Shown: positions 15,692 to 24,194, counted from the first letter of the stretch. The stretch is 59,305 bases of DNA from an uncultured Gammaproteobacteria bacterium (GCA_964565795.1 CAZMGC010000001.1:8855-68159), one strand, 5' to 3'. Translations and numbers: made by a program. The notes: generated by a model not told the origin, from the sequence alone.

Positions 15692-17011
15692 ATGACAAAT
15701 TTAAAGAAAACTGACCCTCAAATTTATAATTTAGTTAAAGACGAAGAAGAAAGACAGCTAAAAGTTCTCGAAATGATCCCCTCAGAAAATTACACATCTT
15801 CCTCAGTTCTTGAGGCACTCGGAACAGTTCTAAATAATAAATATTCTGAAGGATATCCTAAGAAAAGATATTATCAAGGAAACGCAGTCGCAGACGAAGT
15901 AGAACAGCTGGCAATTGATCGTGCAAAGAAATTATTTGGTGTCCCTTTTGCAAATGTTCAGGCTTTGTCCGGGGCTCCAGCGAATTCTGCAGTTCAAATG
16001 GCAGTTTTAAAACCAGGGGACACGCTCATGGGTTTGAGTTTGCCATTCGGAGGACACTTAACTCACGGAGCTCCTAAAACTTTTTCTTCTACCTTTTTTA
16101 GATCTGTTCAATATGAATTAAATAAAGATGGTAAATTTGATTTTGATGCGATTTTAAAACTGGCAAAAAAAGAAAAACCAAAACTTATAATTTGTGGATT
16201 TACTGCATATCCTAGAATAATAGAGTTTAAGAAATTTGCAGAAGTAGCTGATAAAGTTGGTGCTTATTTGCTTGCTGACATTTCTCACATCGCGGGATTG
16301 GTCGCAGCTGGAGTACATCCAAGTCCAGTTAATCATGCGCATATCGTTACTACTACAACCCACAAGACTTTAAGGGGGCCTCGCGGAGCTATAATTATGG
16401 TCACGAATAAAGGACTTAAAAAAGACCCAGAATTAGGAAAAAAGATTGATTCTGCTATTATCCCAGGTTTGCAAGGTGGGCCTCATGATAATCAGACTGC
16501 AGCAATTGCAGTAGCTCTTAAAGAAGCAAGTACTGCAAACTTTAAGAAGTATTCCGAGCAGATTGTAAAGAATTCAAAAGCACTCGCAAAAGAGCTAAAT
16601 GGATATGGGTTTAATCTTGTATCAGGTGGATCAGATAATCATTTAATTCTTATAGACCTTCGAAATAAAAATGTGGATGGCGCAACTGCTGCTATCGCAC
16701 TTGAGGTCGCAGGAATTGTCCTAAATAAAAACGGAGTTCCATTTGATCCAAGTCCACCATTTTACCCAGCGGGAATAAGACTTGGAACTCCAGCGATTAC
16801 AACTCGAGGTTTGAAAGAACGTGACATGATTAAGGTTGCTAAGTGGATGTCGGAGGCGATTTCTGAAGTAGAGGGAAAAAATTTGCCAAGCGACAAGGAA
16901 GAAAGAAAAGAATATTGGAAAAATTATAAGGCAAGTGTTTGGAAAAACAAAAAACTTTTAGGAATTGGCTCAGAAGTAAAATCTTTAATGAAAAAATACC
17001 CACTGCCCTAA
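15692..17011 (+). CDS. glyA: Serine hydroxymethyltransferase
   Basis: LEMIPSENYTS..V..A.G....NKYSEGYP..RYY.G and the PLP-Lys context TTTTHKTLRGPRG. The track start 15689 is a TTG one codon upstream of the ATG. Confidence 0.95.
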   Translation: MTNLKKTDPQIYNLVKDEEERQLKVLEMIPSENYTSSSVLEALGTVLNNKYSEGYPKKRYYQGNAVADEVEQLAIDRAKKLFGVPFANVQALSGAPANSAVQMAVLKPGDTLMGLSLPFGGHLTHGAPKTFSSTFFRSVQYELNKDGKFDFDAILKLAKKEKPKLIICGFTAYPRIIEFKKFAEVADKVGAYLLADISHIAGLVAAGVHPSPVNHAHIVTTTTHKTLRGPRGAIIMVTNKGLKKDPELGKKIDSAIIPGLQGGPHDNQTAAIAVALKEASTANFKKYSEQIVKNSKALAKELNGYGFNLVSGGSDNHLILIDLRNKNVDGATAAIALEVAGIVLNKNGVPFDPSPPFYPAGIRLGTPAITTRGLKERDMIKVAKWMSEAISEVEGKNLPSDKEERKEYWKNYKASVWKNKKLLGIGSEVKSLMKKYPLP

Positions 17012-17015
17012 AGTA

Positions 17016-17043
17016 TTGCAAGCCAAATAAAAAGAATTATAAT
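17016..17043 (+). promoter_or_regulatory. Putative promoter TTGCAA-16-TATAAT, 11 nt before the ATG at 17055
   Basis: TTGCAA at 17016-17021 and TATAAT at 17038-17043. It starts 5 nt after the glyA stop. Confidence 0.55.
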
Positions 17044-17054
17044 TGCAACCGAAT

Positions 17055-17399
17055 ATGGTAAGTGAATATAGAGAATATAGCCGTGACGGGATTGGAAAGA
17101 TCCATAAGCCTAAAAATTTTAGGTACAACAGGCTTCCTGAACGCGTAGCTTCGTTTGTCTCATTTGGCCGACCAGTTCCCCATGTTCCGGAAGTGCCATT
17201 ACATGAAGGTGTAGAAATTCCTCTCCGTTACGACAGGAGCCATCTTGATATAGATCATAGATTGGTGGTTTCTGTCGGAGAAGATAGACCATTACCAATA
17301 AGAGAAGTTGTTATAGTAAGCTTACAGCAGCATGCATGGAGAGAATTTTTTGGTCGAATTCTTCATCAATCAGAAGCCCCGTTGCAAAATTCAGGCTGA
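17055..17399 (+). CDS. Hypothetical protein (114 aa, Arg/Pro/His/Val-rich, compositionally atypical orphan)
   Basis: Uninterrupted 114-codon frame in a region of visibly raised G+C, with its own promoter. No family recognised by eye. Coding status uncertain. Confidence 0.35.
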   Translation: MVSEYREYSRDGIGKIHKPKNFRYNRLPERVASFVSFGRPVPHVPEVPLHEGVEIPLRYDRSHLDIDHRLVVSVGEDRPLPIREVVIVSLQQHAWREFFGRILHQSEAPLQNSG

Positions 17400-17410
17400 G
17401 GCTGTATAAT
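17381..17410 (+). promoter_or_regulatory. Putative rpsB promoter TTGCAA-18-TATAAT, giving a ~68-nt leader
   Basis: TTGCAA at 17381-17386 (inside the end of ORF 17055..17399) and TATAAT at 17405-17410. Confidence 0.5.
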
Positions 17411-17424
17411 TGCTTATCACTCAC

Positions 17425-17478
17425 ATTCAGATATTTGCTCTGAAGAATACTTCGATCTGAATGGCGGTTTAAGAGCAA
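17425..17478 (+). promoter_or_regulatory. Candidate H-type pseudoknot in the rpsB 5' leader (possible S2 autoregulatory element)
   Basis: Helix 1: ATTCAGAT (17425-17432) pairs with ATCTGAAT (17455-17462), 8 bp perfect. Helix 2: TTGCTCT (17435-17441) pairs with AGAGCAA (17472-17478), 7 bp perfect. The arms interleave, and helix 2 ends 6 nt before the ATG. Confidence 0.35.
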
Positions 17479-17484
17479 AGAAAT

Positions 17485-18357
17485 ATGAAAGAAATCACAT
17501 TAGAACAACTTCTAGAAGCAGGGTGCCATTTTGGTCATCAGGTAACGCGCTCAAATCCAAAAGCTCGGGATTTTATTTTCGAAGCTCGTGACGGAATTCA
17601 CATCATTGATCTCGCAAAAACAAAAGAAGGATTAGAGGAAGCTGCAAAATACTTAAAGAACCTGGGAAAGACTCCCGGCTCTACACTTCTTATAGTTGGA
17701 ACTAAAAGACAAAGTCATGAGACTCTTTTAAAGGAATTAGACAGAGTTAAGGGGACAATTAAAGGCGATTCAGGACTTTTCTATGTAACTAATAAATGGA
17801 TCGGTGGACTTTTAACAAACTTCCCAGAAGTAAGTAAAAACTTTAAAAAGCTTATAGATCTTACTCATAATTTAGCAACTCCATCAGCACAAGAAGGATA
17901 TACAAAGAAAGAAATTGGTGGATGGGGAAAAGAAAAAGAAAAACTTAATGGTTTTTATGGTGGAGTTTTCCAAATGACAAAAAGACCAGATGCGCTATTT
18001 ATAATTGATTCTCGCCTCGAGGATCTAGCAGTTAGAGAGGCCTTAAGAATGAATGTTCCAACTGTAGCAATCACTGATACAAATGCAGATCCAGCTTTAG
18101 TTGATTATTCAATTCCTGCAAATGATGACGCGGTTGGAAGTTTGGAATTGATCATAGGTTATTTAATGGATGCATGGGCTGAAGGGAAAAATTCAGTAAA
18201 AGAAGTTTCTGTAGAAGCTTCAAAGGGTAAAGAAAAACCAGCTGCACCTGCAAAAGAAAAACCAGTAAAAAAAGAAGTTAAGGAAGAAGCTCCAAAAAAA
18301 GAAGTTAAAAAAGCACCAGTTAAGAAAGCAAAGGCTCCAAAAGAGAAAAAGGCTTAG
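17485..18357 (+). CDS. rpsB: 30S ribosomal protein S2 with Lys/Glu/Pro-rich C-terminal tail
   Basis: LLEAGCHFGHQ..R.NPK and ITDTNADP motifs. Tail KEKPAAPAKEKPVKKEVKEEAPKKEVKK. Confidence 0.95.
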   Translation: MKEITLEQLLEAGCHFGHQVTRSNPKARDFIFEARDGIHIIDLAKTKEGLEEAAKYLKNLGKTPGSTLLIVGTKRQSHETLLKELDRVKGTIKGDSGLFYVTNKWIGGLLTNFPEVSKNFKKLIDLTHNLATPSAQEGYTKKEIGGWGKEKEKLNGFYGGVFQMTKRPDALFIIDSRLEDLAVREALRMNVPTVAITDTNADPALVDYSIPANDDAVGSLELIIGYLMDAWAEGKNSVKEVSVEASKGKEKPAAPAKEKPVKKEVKEEAPKKEVKKAPVKKAKAPKEKKA

Positions 18358-18367
18358 CTGAAATCTT

Positions 18368-18820
18368 ATGGCAATTGATATTGAATTATTAAAACAAATT
18401 AGAGAAGAGACATCCGCTTCTATTGCAGATTGCAGAAAAGCACTTGAAGAGTCAGGCGGAGACTATAAAAAAGCAATTGAATGGCTTAGAAAAAGAGGAG
18501 CAGAAATTGCTGAGAAAAAAGCGGATCGCGAAACTAGTCAGGGAGTAGTAGAGTCATACATTCATGGAAATGGAAAAATTGGAGTAATTGTAGCTCTTTT
18601 ATGTGAGACAGATTTTGTAGCTAGAACTCAAGAATTTAAAGATTTAGCGCATGAAGTTGCTATGCAGATTTCAGCTATGAATCCAAAAGATGTCGAAGAA
18701 CTTCTTTCACAGGAATATATTAGAGATCCAAAGCTTACAATTGCAGATTTAGTAAAAACTACGATCGGAAAAACTGGAGAGAACATAAAAGTCCGAGAAT
18801 TTAGTAGAATAGAATTATAA
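18368..18820 (+). CDS. tsf: Elongation factor Ts, short form (150 aa)
   Basis: UBA-like N-terminus LLKQIREETSASIADCRKALEESGGDYKKAIEWLRKRG, then YIH.NGKIGV...L.CETDFVART..F. About half the canonical length. Confidence 0.85.
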   Translation: MAIDIELLKQIREETSASIADCRKALEESGGDYKKAIEWLRKRGAEIAEKKADRETSQGVVESYIHGNGKIGVIVALLCETDFVARTQEFKDLAHEVAMQISAMNPKDVEELLSQEYIRDPKLTIADLVKTTIGKTGENIKVREFSRIEL

Positions 18821-19371
18821 TGGATCCAAATTTAATCGCTAACACACGCGAGCAAATGAGAAAGGCTCTTGATATTCTTCGAGCCGATATTGCAACTATC
18901 AGAACTGGAAAAGCAGCGCCTTCTCTTGTTGAAAATATTTCAGTGACTGTCTATAACGGCACAACAAAACTTAGAGTTATGGAAGTAGCAACTATTAATG
19001 CTTCTGATTCTTCAACTCTAGTTTTAACTCCATTTGATGCTTCGATAATTGAGGATATTAGAAAAGGAATTTTAGAATCCGGAGCTGGTTTAAATCCCGC
19101 AAGCGACGGACAGGTGTTAAGAATTTCTATTCCACCACTTTCAGAGGAAAGAAGACAGGAATTAATTCATCTTATGAATCAGAAATTAGAAAACGGCAGA
19201 GTAATGATTAGGCAATTAAGGCATGAAGCGCTAAGTGATTTAAAAAAAGGCGATTTACCTGAAGATGAAAATGATAGATTAGAAAAAGAAGTGCAAAAAG
19301 CCACTGATGATTTCGTAGCAGAAATTGACGCGCTTGGAAAGAAAAAAGAAGAAGAGCTCCTCCAAATTTAA
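18820..19371 (+). CDS. frr: Ribosome recycling factor
   Basis: L..IRTG.A.PSL...I.V..YG....L...A.I.......L...P.D.......I..AI..S.LGLNP and IP.L.EERR.EL. Confidence 0.95.
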   Translation: MDPNLIANTREQMRKALDILRADIATIRTGKAAPSLVENISVTVYNGTTKLRVMEVATINASDSSTLVLTPFDASIIEDIRKGILESGAGLNPASDGQVLRISIPPLSEERRQELIHLMNQKLENGRVMIRQLRHEALSDLKKGDLPEDENDRLEKEVQKATDDFVAEIDALGKKKEEELLQI

Positions 19372-19444
19372 TACTACCAATCTCAAATTCTACAAATATT
19401 TAAATATTGGATTATTGGTATTTATTGGTAGTATTTGTAGTATT
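19370..19444 (+). repeat. ORF-less copy of the repeat arms seen around the four-helix-bundle gene (miniature element)
   Basis: 19370-19400 is AATACTACCAATctcaAATTCTACAAATATT, 29/31 identical to 8762-8792. It is followed after 2 nt by AATATTGGattATTGGTAtttATTGGTAGTATTTGTAGTATT (19403-19444), related to 9162-9195. The element fills the frr-rseP spacer, starting within the frr stop codon. Confidence 0.75.
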
Positions 19445-19467
19445 CCAATGTTATACTTTTATTTTAT

Positions 19468-20571
19468 ATGCTAATTACAATTCTTGTCTTCGTCATAATG
19501 CTCTCAGTACTCGTACTTATACACGAGCTAGGTCATTTTTTGGTTGCACGAAAATTCGGAATTAAAGTAGAGGAATTCGGATTTGGGTTTCCGCCACGTG
19601 TTTGGGGTAAAAAAATAGGGGAGACACTTTACACAATAAATCTTCTCCCAATTGGAGGATTTGTAAAACTTTACGGAGAGGATGAAGCAGGTGCAGGACG
19701 CGTAAGTTCTGGGAAAAAAGTTACCAAGGATCTTCATCGGGCTTTTTTCGCAAAGCCAATTTATCAAAGAATTTTAGTTGTTGTAGCAGGGGTAACTATG
19801 AATTTTATTCTAGCTGTTCTTATAGTTACCTACCTTTTTACAACAGATGGAATTCCTACACCCGGAACTACGGTTACTTTAACTGAAATTGCAAAAGGAT
19901 CTCCTGCAGAAATAGCTGGACTTAAAAAGGGAGATATAGTGCAACGAATTGGGAATGTAGAAATTAAAGATACCCAAACTTTGGTAACAGAAGCGCGAAA
20001 GAGTCTCGGTCAGGAAATAAATCTTACAGTTAAAAGAGGGGATGCGCTTCAAGAAATAAAAGTTACTCCTAGAAAAAATTTTCCAGAAGGAGAAGGCCCC
20101 ATGGGAATTGCGATATCTCAAAGCGTAAATGTTCAGAAGTATCCCTTTCCGCAAAGCTTGATTAAAGGAACTGAGCAGGCTTTTAAAGATTCCTGGCAAG
20201 TTGTTGTAGGATTCAAAACTGTAGTAGTAGATATTATTACTCGATTTACTGTTCCTCAAGGAGTAGCAGGCCCAATTGGAATGGCTCAGCTTACTGGAGA
20301 ATTTGTAAGAGTTGGACCAAGTGCAGTTCTAGCATTGGTCTATACACTTAGCTTGAGCCTTGCAGTTCTTAATATTCTCCCAATTCCAGCATTAGATGGA
20401 GGACGCTTATTGTTTATTTTAATTGAAGCTGTCACTCGAAGAAAAGTTAATGCAAAATTTGAAGCATATGCGCATTTAGTTGGTTTGGTTTTGTTACTTA
20501 GCTTCCTCGCTTTAGTTTCTTATAAAGATATTTTAAGAATCATCGCAGGCCAATCAATTCTACCTCAATAA
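19468..20571 (+). CDS. rseP: Site-2 (RIP) zinc metalloprotease RseP/YaeL family with PDZ domain
   Basis: HELGHFLVARKFG zinc motif, PDZ-like GSPAEIAGLKKGDIV, and LNILPIPALDGG near the C-terminus. Confidence 0.88.
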   Translation: MLITILVFVIMLSVLVLIHELGHFLVARKFGIKVEEFGFGFPPRVWGKKIGETLYTINLLPIGGFVKLYGEDEAGAGRVSSGKKVTKDLHRAFFAKPIYQRILVVVAGVTMNFILAVLIVTYLFTTDGIPTPGTTVTLTEIAKGSPAEIAGLKKGDIVQRIGNVEIKDTQTLVTEARKSLGQEINLTVKRGDALQEIKVTPRKNFPEGEGPMGIAISQSVNVQKYPFPQSLIKGTEQAFKDSWQVVVGFKTVVVDIITRFTVPQGVAGPIGMAQLTGEFVRVGPSAVLALVYTLSLSLAVLNILPIPALDGGRLLFILIEAVTRRKVNAKFEAYAHLVGLVLLLSFLALVSYKDILRIIAGQSILPQ

Positions 20572-20583
20572 AGGTTTGACGTT

Positions 20584-20976
20584 ATGATAAAGAAGACAGA
20601 AGAGGAGTGGAAGAAAACACTCACTCCCAAACAATACGAAATTCTTAGAGAAAAAGGGACAGAGCCAGCCTTTACTGGAGAATATGTAGATAACCATGAA
20701 AATGGAATGTATACATGTGTGGCATGCGGAAATACTTTGTTTGATTCAGGAACTAAGTTTGATTCGGGTAGTGGTTGGCCAAGTTTTTATGATGTAGCGA
20801 CTAAAGGGAATGTAATTTTAGAAGATGACATGAGCTATGGAATGAAAAGAACTGAAGTAAAATGTGCAAATTGTGGGGGACATTTGGGTCATGTTTTTAC
20901 TGACGGACCAAGGGATAAAACTGGTTTACGATACTGTATTAATTCCTGCGCACTAGATTTTAAGAAGAAAGATTAA
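20584..20976 (+). CDS. msrB: Peptide-methionine (R)-S-oxide reductase
   Basis: [18 protein letters not shown] and [13 protein letters not shown]. Confidence 0.95.
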   Translation: MIKKTEEEWKKTLTPKQYEILREKGTEPAFTGEYVDNHENGMYTCVACGNTLFDSGTKFDSGSGWPSFYDVATKGNVILEDDMSYGMKRTEVKCANCGGHLGHVFTDGPRDKTGLRYCINSCALDFKKKD

Positions 20977-21935
20977 AGACCCATTCCGTTTGAATGGGGA
21001 ATAGTACTGACAGGTTCGATCGAATATCCGAGTCTTCTTGCTTCTTTAGCCCAAGCTTTAAATGCTGCTCGATCAACTGGTGTGAAATGGAAGATTGCAC
21101 GATCTCCTGGTTTTAGTGGTAATAAATTGTCAATTGCTTCTTCGACAGATGCTCCATTCCATCCCATTGTGTCTTTGTTCCACATGTCTAATCCCAATTT
21201 TAATTGTTTAGCCGCTGCTACAATTTCTGTGTCTCTTTGTCCTGGTAAAGTTCCTGCTCCATAGGGAGTTCCAAGAGTAAGTTCTTCGATAGGTCTTCTT
21301 AATACTGATCTTAATGCGTTACTCTGTGGTATAACGTGATCAATAACTTCATTTTTTGTAAATGGAGTTAAGTCTGAATGATCATCTGTGTGATTATGCC
21401 ATCTTATTCGTCCTGTAGCTTGACCACGTCTATAATCATCAGGGTATGCCAGTACTGATTGTCCCACAGGATAAACATCCACTGTAGTTCCTAAGTCTTC
21501 AAACATGGAAAAAGCTGCTGCGACTTCTGCCTGATCCCATCCATCATCCCATCTTGCGCGAACGACTTTTCTTTTTGTTCTTTCCTTGTAAATAATTGTT
21601 CCAGGTCCAAACGAAGTTACTCCTCCATTTTCTTCTGCTGTTGATCTTACATCAGGTAATCGAGAAGGATGAGTCCGTTCAAGTCTAGTAAGTTTTCTTC
21701 TAACATCAGAAAGTCTTTGATCTGCTGTAAGTGATTCTTGATCTACAATTGGTTCTCTTTGTGCACCTAGTGCTGTGTGGGGAAGCCATAAATTATGTGC
21801 AACAGCAACTGCAGCTACAGCCGCTCCTGTTACAGCACCTCTTCTTAAAAGTGTTCTTCTACTTAACTGTGCGGATTGACCCGCTGATTGCTCAGCTGAT
21901 ACTGGTCCCGGTTGTGGTGTTTCGTGTCCTGCCAT
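20973..21935 (-). CDS. Polysaccharide deacetylase (NodB/CE4-like) with twin-arginine-type signal peptide, compositionally atypical
   Basis: [23 protein letters not shown] resembles a Tat signal. NodB-like motifs RWDDGW (TFDDG), [11 protein letters not shown] and [16 protein letters not shown] (H[ST]xxH). 28 Arg against 11 Lys by hand count. Overlaps the msrB stop by 4 nt. Confidence 0.6.
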   Translation of the reverse strand: MAGHETPQPGPVSAEQSAGQSAQLSRRTLLRRGAVTGAAVAAVAVAHNLWLPHTALGAQREPIVDQESLTADQRLSDVRRKLTRLERTHPSRLPDVRSTAEENGGVTSFGPGTIIYKERTKRKVVRARWDDGWDQAEVAAAFSMFEDLGTTVDVYPVGQSVLAYPDDYRRGQATGRIRWHNHTDDHSDLTPFTKNEVIDHVIPQSNALRSVLRRPIEELTLGTPYGAGTLPGQRDTEIVAAAKQLKLGLDMWNKDTMGWNGASVEEAIDNLLPLKPGDRAIFHFTPVDRAAFKAWAKEARRLGYSIEPVSTIPHSNGMGL

Positions 21936-21947
21936 ATTTGAACGTGA

Positions 21948-21976
21948 AGTTTATAATATTATAGGATATTTGTCAA
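21948..21976 (-). promoter_or_regulatory. Putative promoter TTGACA-17-TAAACT, 12 nt before the ATG of the deacetylase gene
   Basis: rc of 21971-21976 is TTGACA and rc of 21948-21953 is TAAACT. Confidence 0.5.
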
Positions 21977-22028
21977 GCAATTTAGTTATTTATAAACAAA
22001 GCATAATATTTCCTGATATACTTACGGC

Positions 22029-22778
22029 GTGGATAGATTATCACTTCTGGGACTTAATCATTATAAAAATAAGGACAATATTTTGGTTGTAGAATCTCCA
22101 ACGGCGCAATCTGCAAATGAGACCATCACAGAAATTCTCGAGAAATACTCAGATTTAAAAACTGCGCTTTTTCTTTCAGGAGGAAATACACCTAAAAAAC
22201 TTTATGAACTTATCGCTTCACAGAAAAAGTTAAAAGTTGGTGCTGCGGGACAAGTAGATGAAAGATTTGGAGAGAAAAATCATAAGAAAAGTAATGAGCT
22301 AATTATAAAAGAGACTGGGCTTTTGGATTTTTTTGAGAGTTCAAATTTAAGATTTTACCCTATGATTGAAAACGGTGCAGATATTGAAACAGCCACGAGA
22401 AATTATGATGAAGCACTTAGATTTATTCTCAAGTATTTTCCAAAAAGTGTGGGAATAATGGGTTTGGGTATCGACGGGCATACCGCAGGAATTCCAGCAA
22501 TACCTGAAATTTCCAAAAAAATGATTGAGGATGGAAGTTCATTAGTTTCTTTTTATGAAGCTCCTGAATATGGTCCAAGAATTACTATGAATTTCCATGC
22601 GATAAGTGTTTTGGACTTGATAATTGTTTTAGTTTTGGGTCAAGAGAAAAGGGAAATCCTAAATCAAATGTTTAAATTTGAAGGTACTCAGGAAGAGATA
22701 GAGAAGTTTCCAGCTAAATTTTATTTAAAACCCGAAATAGCCTCAAAAACCATCATCATTACGGATCAGATAGTTTAG
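22029..22778 (+). CDS. pgl: 6-phosphogluconolactonase (GTG start)
   Basis: LSGGNTPKKLYELIA and GLGIDGHTAG are typical of the 6PGL/NagB family. The neighbourhood contains zwf and gnd. Confidence 0.75.
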   Translation: MDRLSLLGLNHYKNKDNILVVESPTAQSANETITEILEKYSDLKTALFLSGGNTPKKLYELIASQKKLKVGAAGQVDERFGEKNHKKSNELIIKETGLLDFFESSNLRFYPMIENGADIETATRNYDEALRFILKYFPKSVGIMGLGIDGHTAGIPAIPEISKKMIEDGSSLVSFYEAPEYGPRITMNFHAISVLDLIIVLVLGQEKREILNQMFKFEGTQEEIEKFPAKFYLKPEIASKTIIITDQIV

Positions 22779-22781
22779 ATT

Positions 22782-23582
22782 TTAAGCAGGGGTATTTTCC
22801 GGAGCACTATTAATTTCATCGTGGATAGCAGCTCTGTCAGGAAAAATCGATCTCATGGCTTCTTCCAGATCTCTAATTGGGGCTCGACCTGTATTTACTA
22901 AAGTACCATTTACTAAATCTTGGACTGTAATCCTTGCAGGACGAGCTGGTGTTCCGTCTTCTGATTCTTTGGTGGCAGGGGAAGCTATAATTAATCTAAT
23001 AGTTTCTTTATTTCTCATTTCCCAGATCGTTACATAGTCCTCGTCTGGTTTTACTTCGATTGCCCAGCGATCATTGTGAGCACCTGTCATCTGATGGAGC
23101 TCGGCTCTTGTGATCTCCGCAGCATCTTTTACAGCTTCTTCAGTTGCTTTCTGAGCTTGCAATTCGTACTCAGCAACTAACTCAGTGATTTTAGCTACAT
23201 CTGCATTTTCATCCCAGCTTCTTTCTCCTGTCCTTGGGTGTAAATGGATTCCTCCAACTCTGGTGCCAAACATCTGAAGAACGTCAGCTCGAATTGATTC
23301 AATTGGTAAGTCTCCTTCAGCTTCTGATTGAAGAGTTGCGGTAATACTAATATCTTCACCAAGCCCCAGTAGCTCTTTTTGCACTTGTAAAGTCCAATAG
23401 GTACCCGGTTCTGTAGATATTCTCAAAGCTGAATCTGGGTTTCCTGTAAGGTAAGTGGATTCCGCTACTACAAATCCCATAGACCTATTAAGTGTTGCTA
23501 TGTTTGCTTCGCGATCTGTTACGCGTGCTGGAATGGCGTCTTTTGGTGTAGCTCCACCGCCTGGGGTAATATCTGGTAGCAT
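22782..23582 (-). CDS. Hypothetical protein (266 aa), atypical composition; third gene of a three-gene cluster
   Basis: Long ORF in a raised-GC segment with its own promoter. Central coiled-coil-like stretch (VAKITELVAEYELQAQKATEEAVKDAAE). No signal peptide. Pro-rich tail ending SAPENTPA. Confidence 0.6.
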   Translation of the reverse strand: MLPDITPGGGATPKDAIPARVTDREANIATLNRSMGFVVAESTYLTGNPDSALRISTEPGTYWTLQVQKELLGLGEDISITATLQSEAEGDLPIESIRADVLQMFGTRVGGIHLHPRTGERSWDENADVAKITELVAEYELQAQKATEEAVKDAAEITRAELHQMTGAHNDRWAIEVKPDEDYVTIWEMRNKETIRLIIASPATKESEDGTPARPARITVQDLVNGTLVNTGRAPIRDLEEAMRSIFPDRAAIHDEINSAPENTPA

Positions 23583-23591
23583 AATGTGGGT

Positions 23592-23620
23592 AATATACTA
23601 GTTTAAGCCTATAATGTCAA
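23592..23620 (-). promoter_or_regulatory. Putative promoter TTGACA-17-TATATT, 9 nt before the ATG at 23582
   Basis: rc of 23615-23620 is TTGACA and rc of 23592-23597 is TATATT. Confidence 0.6.
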
Positions 23621-23626
23621 GGCTAC

Positions 23627-24157
23627 TTATTCATTTACTGTAGCTTGAGGAGGCTCAACTGTTGGTTCAGTATTTGCGATTCTATCAATTAAAGTTCTTA
23701 ATCCTGACCTTGCAGAGATTATTCCATCTGCATCATCTGGGCTCATGTTGGGATTTGTGTTTGAAGCATATCGGTCAGAAGTTTCCTCAATTTCTTGTGG
23801 ATATTCTACGTCAAGAAAATTTTTAAATCCGAACGCTGCTGTGGGGCCCGTTACTGGTTCTTCGATTGTTGGTTGAGTGGTTTTGGCATATGGACCTGGC
23901 TCTGGGAGGATTCCCAATTCAAATCTACTAAATTGTGATCCAGGAGTCCTAACCACTAAACTCCATGCATCTCCTTCAGGAGTAGTAGTGAAGTCCACAA
24001 AGCTACCGTCAAGGTTTCCAATATGAACTTGCCGAGCGCCTATTAATCCGCGAGCCTGAAGATATCTATCTTTTAAATCATTAACTGTAGCAGGGGTTAA
24101 GGTTTCTGAAGATGATTCTGATCCGCCAATTCCTGGATTTCTGTCTGGTGCTGCCAT
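23627..24157 (-). CDS. Hypothetical protein (176 aa), atypical composition; second gene of the cluster
   Basis: ORF with its own promoter. No signal peptide or TM helix. Tail EPTVEPPQATVNE. Confidence 0.6.
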   Translation of the reverse strand: MAAPDRNPGIGGSESSSETLTPATVNDLKDRYLQARGLIGARQVHIGNLDGSFVDFTTTPEGDAWSLVVRTPGSQFSRFELGILPEPGPYAKTTQPTIEEPVTGPTAAFGFKNFLDVEYPQEIEETSDRYASNTNPNMSPDDADGIISARSGLRTLIDRIANTEPTVEPPQATVNE

Positions 24158-24165
24158 AAGTTTGT

Positions 24166-24194
24166 AATATACTATTTGAGATTTAGCCTGTCAA
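24166..24194 (-). promoter_or_regulatory. Putative promoter TTGACA-17-TATATT, 8 nt before the ATG at 24157
   Basis: rc of 24189-24194 is TTGACA, immediately after the stop of the upstream gene at 24195-24197. rc of 24166-24171 is TATATT. Confidence 0.6.

Noticed and set aside
17040-17480. Possible RNase P RNA (rnpB). The interval contains GGAAAGATCCATAAGC, GAAGTGCCATTACATGAAGG and AAGCTTACAGCAGC, which loosely resemble the P4 and CR regions of Bacillus-type RNase P RNA.
   Set aside because: I could not build P4 pairing: the 3' strand GUAAG-CUU does not complement CCAUAAGC. No P1-P3 helices fit in the ~45 nt upstream. A 114-codon ORF with a standard promoter-to-ATG spacing explains the region at least as well. 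A covariance-model scan should still be run.
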